In this document: piece after piece, positions 8,134 to 19,510 of the stretch | How positions within the stretch are numbered: the stretch's first letter is position 1 | Layout: each line of letters begins with the position of its first letter | Assembly: GCA_046758505.1 (NCBI GenBank) | Contig: JBHIAH010000040.1 | Span: forward strand, 1-22,253 | Direction: 5' to 3' | Length of the DNA: 22,253 bases | DNA from: Candidatus Methylomirabilales bacterium | GTDB taxonomy: Bacteria > Methylomirabilota > Methylomirabilia > Methylomirabilales > CSP1-5 | Translations under genes and position numbers: made by a program | Notes under the pieces: generated by a model | What the model was told of the DNA's origin: nothing | The model's database searches: none | Seen by the model: the letters and a program-made list of their open reading frames with translations, nothing else

Positions 8134-9222
8134 ATGCCCGAGCTGAAGCCCGAGATCTTTGCGACGTACCTGGAGTCCCTCCTGGGAGAGGCCGTCCGGG
8201 TCCGTGGATTGAGTCCCCTGGGAGAGCCCCTGCAAACGGGAGCCATCAAGGGCTACGGGTACGGGGTTCCGGTCCGGGTGGAGTACGACGTCTCCGGCCA
8301 ACGTCACCGGGCTGTCGTAGAGACCATCAGCCCGGGCCCCTTCGGCCATGAGCACATGGCGGACCGGGCCCAGGTGCTCCTGTGGGACCACTGGGCCTTC
8401 AACCGGCTCCCCCGCCACGTCCGGTCCCTGGATGTAGCCGCCTTTCGACGGGAAGGGGGGATCCTCTCCCTGGGGGAAGTCCGGGAGCTCTTTGTCCTCA
8501 TGGAATACGTGGACGGTCAGGGATATTTCGAGGACCTGACCCGACTGCGGAACGGTGGCGAGTTGACCGACCTGGATCTGGCCCGGGCCGACGCCCTCTG
8601 CGACTACCTGGTGGAGATCCACCGGATTCCCGGGACCGATCCGGGCCTCTATGTCCGACGCATCCGGGAGCTCGTAGGGCACGGGGAGTGCATCATGGGC
8701 GTCACGGACAGCTACCCCCCCCGGCACGGGTTCATCACCTCGGATCTGCTCGAACGCATCGAGCACGCGTGCGTGGCGTGGCGTTGGCGCCTCAAGGAAC
8801 GGACCCACCGACTGCGACAGGTCCACGGTGATTTCCACCCGTGGAACATCCTGTTTCAGGAGGGAGTGGAGTTCCAGGTGCTGGACCGCGCCCGGGGGGA
8901 GTGGGGAGACCCGGCGGACGATGTGGCCTGCCTCACCATGAATTACCTGTTCTTCTCGCTGCAGCAGAGCGGGCGGTTGGAGGGGGGGCTCGAGATCCTG
9001 TTCCGCCGCTTCTGGGAGCGGTACCTCGAGAAGAGCGGGGACCGGGAGATTCTTGCCGTCGTCCCGCCCTTCTTCGCCTTTCGGGGCCTGGTCATGGCGA
9101 GCCCCCTCTGGTATCCGAGCCTGCCCGAAGGGGTCCGGCGGAAGGTCTTTACCTTCATCGAGCGGGTCCTCGACGCAGAGGCCTTCGATCCGGGTCAGGC
9201 GAACGCCTACTGCGGGGCCTGA
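8134..9222 (+). CDS. APH/choline-kinase-like phosphotransferase, substrate unknown
   Basis: Brenner motif VHGDFHPWNI, downstream VLD (metal-binding Asp), hinge LMEYVDG, GDPADD; Gly-rich KGYGYG near the N-terminus. Confidence 0.85.
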   Translation: MPELKPEIFATYLESLLGEAVRVRGLSPLGEPLQTGAIKGYGYGVPVRVEYDVSGQRHRAVVETISPGPFGHEHMADRAQVLLWDHWAFNRLPRHVRSLDVAAFRREGGILSLGEVRELFVLMEYVDGQGYFEDLTRLRNGGELTDLDLARADALCDYLVEIHRIPGTDPGLYVRRIRELVGHGECIMGVTDSYPPRHGFITSDLLERIEHACVAWRWRLKERTHRLRQVHGDFHPWNILFQEGVEFQVLDRARGEWGDPADDVACLTMNYLFFSLQQSGRLEGGLEILFRRFWERYLEKSGDREILAVVPPFFAFRGLVMASPLWYPSLPEGVRRKVFTFIERVLDAEAFDPGQANAYCGA

Positions 9223-9223
9223 G

Positions 9224-9754
9224 GTGCAGCCAGGCTTTGCCGTGTGGATCACAGGCCTGCCGGCGTCGGGCAAGTCTACGGTGGCTGCGGCCGTCGTTCG
9301 GGAGCTCGCAGCCAGGGGGGTGGCCGTCGCCGTGTTGGAGTCTGACGCCCTGCGCAGGGTCTTTACGCCCCATCCCTGCTACAGCGACGAGGAGCGGGAC
9401 GTCTTTTACGGGGCCATGGTCCACGTGGGGCGGCTGTTGGCCGAGCACGGGGTCCCCGTGATCTTCGATGCCACGGGGAACCGTCGCGCCTACCGGGACC
9501 GCGCCCGGCGCCAGATCCCTCGTTTTGTCGAGGTCTACGTGGACTGTCCCCTTGAAGTCTGCATGGCTCGGGACCCGAAGGGGATTTATCGCAGGGCCCG
9601 GGAGGGAGCCGCCACCACCGTCCCGGGAGTCCAGGCAGTGTACGAGCCGCCGGCGCACCCGGAGGTGCTGGTGCGGGGGGACGGGGAGTTGCCGAACCTG
9701 GCTGCCCGGCAGATCGTCGCTACCCTCGTGGACAAGGGATACCTGACGGGCTGA
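9224..9754 (+). CDS. Adenylyl-sulfate-kinase-like P-loop kinase (divergent CysC fold)
   Basis: WITGLPASGKST P-loop and FVEVYVDCPLEVCMARDPKGIY..YEPP lid and C-terminus typical of CysC. GTG 9224 is 1 nt after the upstream stop. Confidence 0.85.
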   Translation: MQPGFAVWITGLPASGKSTVAAAVVRELAARGVAVAVLESDALRRVFTPHPCYSDEERDVFYGAMVHVGRLLAEHGVPVIFDATGNRRAYRDRARRQIPRFVEVYVDCPLEVCMARDPKGIYRRAREGAATTVPGVQAVYEPPAHPEVLVRGDGELPNLAARQIVATLVDKGYLTG

Positions 9755-9759
9755 GGGCG

Positions 9760-10971
9760 ATGGACGATATCCATATCCAGCCGCGGGGCGGCCTGACCGT
9801 TGGAGAGCTCGACGTCGAGATCGTAGAGCGCAAGGGGCTGGGACATCCGGATACCATCTGCGATGCGGTCATGGAGCGCGTGTCCCAGGCCCTGTCGCGG
9901 GCATATATGGAGCGTTTCGGGGGCATTCTGCATCATAACTGCGACAAAGGGCTTCTCGTGGCGGGGCGGGTGGAGCGTCGCTTTGGCGGAGGACGGGTGC
10001 TGGAGCCCATGCGCCTGGTAATCGGAGACCGGGCAACGGCGACCGTGGGGAACAAGGAGATTGACGTAGTCGACATTGCCGTGGAAACGGCGAAGAGCTG
10101 GTTCCGGGAGAACCTCCGCCGGGTGGATCCGGACCGGCACCTCACGTACCAGGTGGAGCTCAAGCCCGGCTCGGAAGAGTTGACGGGCCTTTTCATGGAA
10201 AGCCGGGGGGTCCTCGGGGCCAACGACACTTCGGCGGCAGTCGGCTACGCCCCGCTCAGCGAGACCGAAGAGGTGGTGCTGGAGACCGAGCGCTTTCTCA
10301 ACTCCTCCGCGTTCAAGGCCCGCTTTCCCGAAACCGGCGAGGATGTCAAGGTCATGGGTGTTCGGACAGGCCGGAGGCTGGCGGTCACGATCTCCATGCC
10401 GCTGCTGGACGAGTATGTGGAGCACGAGGGGGACTATTTCCGCCGCAAGCAGGCGGTGCACGAGGCCCTCCTGGTCCATCTGCGTGGCCGGCTCCACCGT
10501 CTTCAGGACGTCACCGTGAGCCTCAATACCCTCGATCGTCGGGGTGCGGGTATGGCGGGGATGTACCTCTCGGTCCTCGGCACCTCGGCGGAGGATGCCG
10601 ACTCCGGAGAAGTGGGCCGTGGCAACCAGGTGAACGGCTTGATCGCGCTGAACCGCCCCCGGGGTTCGGAGGCGGCAGCCGGAAAAAACCCGGTCAGCCA
10701 CGTCGGGAAGATTTACAATATTCTGAGCCACCTGCTGGCCGCCCGGATCCATACCGAGGTCCCCGGGTTGCAGGAGGTTGTCGTCTGGCTGTGCAGCCGC
10801 ATCGGCGAGCCCGTGGATCGGCCGCAGATGGTCTCGGTGCAGGTTCACTTGCAGCCGCGTGTGGTTCTCGCGGACGTAACCGATCCAATCCAGCGGGTGG
10901 TAAAGGAGGCGCTTGCGCGGATGCCGGTCTTTTGCGAAGAGCTGGCCCGGGGCCACTACCCGATCTGCTGA
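9760..10971 (+). CDS. mat: Archaeal-type methionine adenosyltransferase (SAM synthetase)
   Basis: VEIVERKGLGHPDTICD, HHNCDK, ANDTS, GEDVKVMG, GTSAEDADSGEVGRGN, EAAAGKNPVSHVGKIYN are archaeal MAT signatures, unlike bacterial MetK (ESVxEGHPDK). Confidence 0.92.
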   Translation: MDDIHIQPRGGLTVGELDVEIVERKGLGHPDTICDAVMERVSQALSRAYMERFGGILHHNCDKGLLVAGRVERRFGGGRVLEPMRLVIGDRATATVGNKEIDVVDIAVETAKSWFRENLRRVDPDRHLTYQVELKPGSEELTGLFMESRGVLGANDTSAAVGYAPLSETEEVVLETERFLNSSAFKARFPETGEDVKVMGVRTGRRLAVTISMPLLDEYVEHEGDYFRRKQAVHEALLVHLRGRLHRLQDVTVSLNTLDRRGAGMAGMYLSVLGTSAEDADSGEVGRGNQVNGLIALNRPRGSEAAAGKNPVSHVGKIYNILSHLLAARIHTEVPGLQEVVVWLCSRIGEPVDRPQMVSVQVHLQPRVVLADVTDPIQRVVKEALARMPVFCEELARGHYPIC

Positions 10972-11027
10972 GGGTGAGGCCTCAGCGGGGCGTGGGAGCA
11001 AGGAGATCACCTTCGGAGGGGAGAGTC

Positions 11028-11399
11028 GTGCGGGGGGAAGCAGTGGCGAGAGACAGGCGGCGCTTTCCACGGTGGCGGATCCGGGAACTGCTGCCGGGTT
11101 GGATTGGCTGCACCCTGCAGGTATTCGTGGCCGATATCAGCCTGGGCGGGGTCCTGATCGAACACCCGAATATCGTCCGGCCCGGTTCCGTCTGTTTTCT
11201 CACCCTGCTATTACCGGAAGAGACGGTCAGCCTGAAGTGTCGCGTCGTCCGCTCGGACATCTACAGTCAAGAGGCCTGGCCGACCGGCGAGCGGAACTAC
11301 GTCTATCGAACGGGGGTCGAGGTCCTGGAAAGTTCGGATGCCGCGCAGCGCCGCATCGGGGAGTACATCGCGTCCCTGAAGGCGGCACCGCGAGAATAA
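11028..11399 (+). CDS. PilZ-domain protein (putative c-di-GMP receptor)
   Basis: RRRFPR (RxxxR) and DISLGG (DxSxxG) motifs, beta-barrel-like CRVVR..YRTGVE. GGAGGG RBS before GTG 11028; GTG 11043 is an alternative start. Confidence 0.8.
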   Translation: MRGEAVARDRRRFPRWRIRELLPGWIGCTLQVFVADISLGGVLIEHPNIVRPGSVCFLTLLLPEETVSLKCRVVRSDIYSQEAWPTGERNYVYRTGVEVLESSDAAQRRIGEYIASLKAAPRE

Positions 11400-11484
11400 A
11401 CCCTGGGACGCTCCATCCTCTGTTCAAGGCCACGTGGCCGCGCTCAGCGGCGCGTCTCCGACGATTGGCAGGTGTCCGTGTATG

Positions 11485-12487
11485 TCAGGGCGCCGGAGGT
11501 CGGAGCGCGTAGGAGCGCAGCACGCGCATATAGTTGGCGCGCTTGAACGCGGCCGGCTGCGCCACAGAGCGATGGCTCATGCTCCCCTGCATCTGGCGGA
11601 TGGACTCGTACTCGTGCTCTTCCATCCAGGCCACGAGGTCTCTCCGCACGGTGGCCAGGTGCTCGATGCCATGTTGCAGGAGGGCGGAGGTCATCATCGC
11701 CACCCGCGCCCCGGCCATCATCGCTTTGAGCACATCGTGGGCCGTGTGCACGCCGCCGGTGACCGCCAGGTCAGCCCGGACGTGTCCATATAAAATCGCC
11801 ACCCAGTGCAGGCGGAGAAGCAGTTCGTAGGAACGGCTCAGGGTCAGGTGCGGAACCGCCTCCAGCCTTTCCAGGTCAAAATCGGGTTGGTAGAAGCGGT
11901 TAAAAAGTACGAGGGCGTCCGCGCCGTTCGTGTCCAGACGTCGGCCCATGTTGGCCATCGCGGTGAAGGCGTGGCCGAGTTTCACCGCCAGGGGAATGTG
12001 GACACTGGCCTTGACGTCGCGCACCAGGTTACAGTACACCTGCTCGATCTCGGCCCCGGAGATCTCCGGGTCGGTCGGGATGTAATAGACATTGAGTTCC
12101 ACGGCGTCGGCGCCGGCCTCCTCGATCTTCTTGGCGTACCGGATCCACCCGCCGGTCGAGACGCCGTTGAGGCTGCCAATGACGGGGATGTCCACGGCGG
12201 CCTTGGCCCGGCGCAGGTGGTCCAGGTAGCCTTCCGGCCCGAGGTTGTAGTCGGTCATGTCGGGGAAGTAGGTGAGCGCTTCGGCGAAGGACTCGGTCCC
12301 GTGCGTGAGATAGCGGTGCAGGTCGTGGCCTTCCAGGGTGATCTGCTCCTCGAACAGGGAATGCAGGACCACTGCAGCGGCACCCGCATCCTCCATCCGC
12401 CGGATGTTGTTGAGATCCTCGCACAGGGGCGAGGCGGAGGCCACCAACGGGTTTTTCAGGGTGAGGCCGAGGTAGCTCGTCGAGAGA

Positions 12488-12495
<8 letters not shown>
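11485..12495 (-). CDS. Dihydroorotate-dehydrogenase-like FMN protein (PFOR-associated DHOD-like family)
   Basis: [52 protein letters not shown] motifs. GAGGAGGA RBS; start overlaps the PFOR stop. Confidence 0.9.
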
Positions 12496-16069
<3,574 letters not shown>

Positions 16070-16321
16070 CGGTCCCTCCATTCCTTTCGTCGGAACCTCT
16101 CTCCTTCTCTGCAAAACTCAGCGATCGTCAAAGGGTTTCGAGTGGTTTGTGTATGCATCTTTTGAGCCGGGTGGCGGCCTGGAGATGGAATGCGGCATTC
16201 CGTCGGCTGCCCTTCGGCAACCATGCGGGGAAGGAAAAGAGATATCCGTCTGTCTGTTTCATGGGTGCCAGCGATGATGCAGTGCCCCGTAAAAGCATCA
16301 CGCCACATGACACAGATCAGA

Positions 16322-16337
16322 AGCAAAAGGGGTGCCG
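16322..16337 (-). promoter_or_regulatory. Sigma54 -24/-12 promoter for PFOR and the DHOD-like gene
   Basis: Minus strand reads CGGCAC-CCCTT-TTGCT. An AT-rich, weakly IHF-like patch lies upstream at 16376-16390. Confidence 0.78.
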
Positions 16338-16784
16338 CTTCGCCCCCGTGGATCTGAGATGGGAGGCCTGACTGTTAACCTATTAGAATAGAAGGGATGA
16401 ATGGGATTGCGTTTTCACGACCGGCCAGCCAAGGGAGATAGGTAGGCTTCCGGGAGGGGCAGCGATGCCGCAGCCTGGATCCCGGTGGAGACGTAACCTC
16501 CCGAAAAGTGAGACTTGCCCGCTGAGACCCATTTGTCCCACGGTACGGCGCGTGCCTCATGCCGCAGTCGTCATCAGCCCCGTCCCGCTCGACCCCCTTT
16601 TCCTCCCCGAATGAGGCACCAGCTGGACCTGGGGCACCCCGGTCTCAACGTGCGTCTCGTCCATTCCACGTGAGGTTGAGACTCTCGCCTGAACGGCGCT
16701 GAGGCATCGGTGCCCCACTCTGCAATGTGGTGCCCGGATCGGCCCGCTCCTCTCCCAGAGCCCTAAGCTGACAAGTCCCTTTAT

Positions 16785-16797
16785 TGTCAACTAGTTA
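16785..16797 (+). promoter_or_regulatory. IHF-like binding site
   Basis: TGTCAA-CTAG-TTA versus WATCAA-N4-TTR (one mismatch), about 40 bp upstream of a sigma54-like box. Confidence 0.5.
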
Positions 16798-16835
16798 TCA
16801 TCATGGGGCAGGAAGTCACCCGGTAGGCGTGACGG

Positions 16836-16851
16836 CGGTACATCTCTTGCT
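16836..16851 (+). promoter_or_regulatory. Sigma54 -24/-12 promoter for ybaK-ftsH-usp-CBS
   Basis: CGGTAC-ATCTC-TTGCT has the correct GG-N10-GC spacing and TTGCT; an IHF-like site is upstream. Confidence 0.7.
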
Positions 16852-16978
16852 CTTGATGTTCTTGTGAAAACGCCTATTTTCATGAGTGAAGGCACCTAAA
16901 AAATGCAGGCGCGCCGGAGGTCAGGTGGAGCTTGCCCTCGCTTCCCCGCGGATGAAGCACAGGGAAAGGAGGTTGGCC

Positions 16979-17446
16979 ATGCCGGTCAAAAGACTCAAGG
17001 CGTTTTTGGATGAGCATCAGGTGCGGTACCGCACCATGAGCCATTCCTCGGCCTACACGGCGCAGGAGACGGCGGCGGCAACGCATATCCCGGGCAAGTC
17101 GCTCGCGAAGACGGTGATGGTCAAGGTGGACGGCCGCATGACCATGGTGGTCCTTCCCGGCACGTACAAGATCGATCTCCATCTGCTCAAGAAGGCCCTC
17201 GGGGCGTCCACCGTCGAGTTGGCGCCCGAGGCAGAATTCACAGAGATGTTTCCCGATTGCGAGATCGGGGCGATGCCGCCGTTCGGGAACCTGTACGGCG
17301 TGCCGGTGCTCGTGGCGGAGAGCCTGCGGGAGAACCGGGAGATCGCGTTCAGCGCCGGCACCCACACCGAGGTGATCGCGGTTGATTTCGCGGATTTTGA
17401 GCGCCTGGTCACGCCGACCGCGCTCACATGCGCCGAGCGCGCGTAA
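16979..17446 (+). CDS. YbaK/EbsC/ProX-family aminoacyl-tRNA deacylase-like protein
   Basis: H..AYTAQETA, LAKTVMVK (conserved Lys), DCEIGAMPPFG (GxxxP). AAGGAGGT RBS before ATG 16979. Confidence 0.88.
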   Translation: MPVKRLKAFLDEHQVRYRTMSHSSAYTAQETAAATHIPGKSLAKTVMVKVDGRMTMVVLPGTYKIDLHLLKKALGASTVELAPEAEFTEMFPDCEIGAMPPFGNLYGVPVLVAESLRENREIAFSAGTHTEVIAVDFADFERLVTPTALTCAERA

Positions 17447-17563
17447 GTCCGGGCCCTCAGCGATGTCGGCGTGCGGCCACCCGGGGTTTGGCGAGGGCAT
17501 CAGCACGAGGGTGTGTTGGGGGGAAGGACGCGTGATGGCGGGCAGCAGGATTGAGGAGTGACC

Positions 17564-19372
17564 ATGAACAGGGGCGGGTGGTCTCCACTGTTGTATCTTT
17601 TCATCCCCCTGGTGATCCTTCTCGTGGTCCAGAGTCTCTTCCTCGAGCGGCAGGGTGAGCAGATCCCCTATAGCGAGTTCAAGCAGTTGATGACGGAGGG
17701 GAAGGTGGGGGATCTCGCCATCTCTTCGCGGACCATTCGGGGAAAGATCCGGGAGTCCGGAAAGCCGTCGGAGAAGGGAAAAGCGTTCTACACGTACCGG
17801 GTGGAGGACCCGGGCCTGGTGACGGATCTCGAGACGCATCACATCCAATTCGTGGGGATCCCGGAGAACACGTGGCTGGGGAATCTCCTCCTCTGGATCA
17901 TTCCCCTCGTTCTTGTGGTGTGGGTCCTCCGGGTGCTCTACCAGCGGGTGGGCCCCCCCCAGGGGCTCCTCTCGGTGGGCCAAAGCCGGGCCAAACTCTA
18001 CGTTCAGGACCAGGTCAAGACCACCTTCGACGATGTGGCCGGGGTCGAGGAGGCAAAGGAGGAGCTGGGGGAGGTGGTGGAATTTCTTCGGCATCCCCAA
18101 AAATTTCAGGTGCTCGGGGGGAAGATTCCCAAGGGGGTCCTCCTTGTGGGTCCGCCCGGGACCGGGAAAACCTTGCTGGCCCGCGCGGTGGCGGGGGAGG
18201 CGAAGGTTCCGTTCTTTTCCATCTCGGGGTCAGAGTTCGTGGAGATGTTCGTCGGGGTGGGGGCGGCGCGGGTGCGGGACCTGTTTCAGCAGGCCGTGGC
18301 CAAGGCCCCGTGCATCGTCTTCATCGATGAACTGGACGCCCTGGGAAAAGCCAGGGGGATCAGCCCCCAGGTGAGCCACGACGAGCGGGAGCAGACTTTG
18401 AACCAGCTCTTGTCCGAGATGGACGGTTTCGACCCTCGGAAGGGGGTCATTATTATGGCGGCCACCAACCGACCCGAGATCTTGGACCCGGCGCTGCTCA
18501 GGCCCGGCCGGTTCGACCGACAGATCCTGGTCGATCGGCCCGACATTATAGGCCGGGAGGCGATTCTGCGGGTCCATGCGAGAGACGTCAAGCTCTCGTC
18601 CACAGTCAACCTCAAGATCATTGCCGCGAGGACCCCCGGTTTTGCCGGGGCGGATCTGGCGAACGTCATGAACGAGGCGGCGCTGTTGGCGGCCAGGCGC
18701 AACAAGGTCGAGGTCGAGATGGAGGATCTCGAGGAGGCCATCGACCGGGTGCTGGCCGGGCTGGAAAAAAAGGCGCGGGTGATTAGTGTCAAGGAGAAGG
18801 AGATCGTGGCCTACCACGAGTCGGGCCACGCCCTGGTGGCCACGTCTCTCCCCCATGCCGATCCGGTCCATAAGATCTCCATTATTCCGAGGGGGATCGC
18901 CGCCCTCGGTTACACCCTCCAGCTTCCCACCGAGGATCGGTATCTCTTGACCCGCTCCGAACTGCTCGACCGCCTGACCGTCCTCTTGGGGGGACGGTGC
19001 GCCGAGGAGCTGGTGTTTCACGAATCCTCCACGGGGGCCCAGGACGATCTCCTTAAGGCCACGGATATGGCTCGCCGGATGGTGACCGAGTACGGGATGA
19101 GCGAGAAGCTCGGTCCCGTCTCGTTCGAGCAGAAGCGGCGCCCCCTCTTCCTGCCCGAGGGCCTCCCGAACGTCCGCGAGTATGCGGAGCAGACCGCCGA
19201 GGTCATTGATCAGGAGGTGAAGGTGCTCGTGGAGGAGGCCTTCGAGCGGGCGCGGGCGATCCTCCGCGAAAAGCAGGAGACGCTCCATCGGCTGGCCAAG
19301 CGCCTCTTGGATCGGGAGGTGATCGAGGGTCCGGAGCTCCGGGAGATTCTGTCCCCTGGTGCTGGTGCGTGA
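17564..19372 (+). CDS. ftsH: ATP-dependent zinc metalloprotease FtsH
   Basis: Two TM segments, Walker A GPPGTGKT, Walker [33 protein letters not shown] zinc motif. GAGGAG RBS before ATG 17564. Confidence 0.96.
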   Translation: MNRGGWSPLLYLFIPLVILLVVQSLFLERQGEQIPYSEFKQLMTEGKVGDLAISSRTIRGKIRESGKPSEKGKAFYTYRVEDPGLVTDLETHHIQFVGIPENTWLGNLLLWIIPLVLVVWVLRVLYQRVGPPQGLLSVGQSRAKLYVQDQVKTTFDDVAGVEEAKEELGEVVEFLRHPQKFQVLGGKIPKGVLLVGPPGTGKTLLARAVAGEAKVPFFSISGSEFVEMFVGVGAARVRDLFQQAVAKAPCIVFIDELDALGKARGISPQVSHDEREQTLNQLLSEMDGFDPRKGVIIMAATNRPEILDPALLRPGRFDRQILVDRPDIIGREAILRVHARDVKLSSTVNLKIIAARTPGFAGADLANVMNEAALLAARRNKVEVEMEDLEEAIDRVLAGLEKKARVISVKEKEIVAYHESGHALVATSLPHADPVHKISIIPRGIAALGYTLQLPTEDRYLLTRSELLDRLTVLLGGRCAEELVFHESSTGAQDDLLKATDMARRMVTEYGMSEKLGPVSFEQKRRPLFLPEGLPNVREYAEQTAEVIDQEVKVLVEEAFERARAILREKQETLHRLAKRLLDREVIEGPELREILSPGAGA

Positions 19373-19510
19373 TAGGAGGGACGACGAGAAGGAAATGATA
19401 TGCCGGTCGTCCCCGGCGGGCGTGGGTTGCACGGATCGGCAAGGAACGGCGCGAGACGGTGGAGTGAACACAATCGCGGTAAGGCCTGGGGGTGAAGGGG
19501 GTGAAGCGCG

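Noticed and set aside
9586..11070. Long antisense or alternate-frame ORFs (e.g. 9586-11070, 4575-5996, 3047-4162, 8074-9273, 16880-18100, 18230-19471, 20382-22109)
   Set aside because: Shadow ORFs of well-supported genes in high-GC DNA, with no recognisable motifs.
11428..11439. Perfect palindrome GGCCACGTGGCC between the convergent PilZ and DHOD-like genes
   Set aside because: No U-tract on either strand, and short GC palindromes are expected at this composition.
16136..16149. Minus-strand CAAACCACTCGAAA resembling the start of a c-di-GMP-I (GEMM) riboswitch
   Set aside because: The sequence after GAAA (CCCTTT) cannot pair with CCACTC, and the GCAAAG motif and second stem are absent.
16255..16270. 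Second TGGCAC on the minus strand upstream of PFOR
   Set aside because: No TTGC at the -12 position (it reads AAACA).
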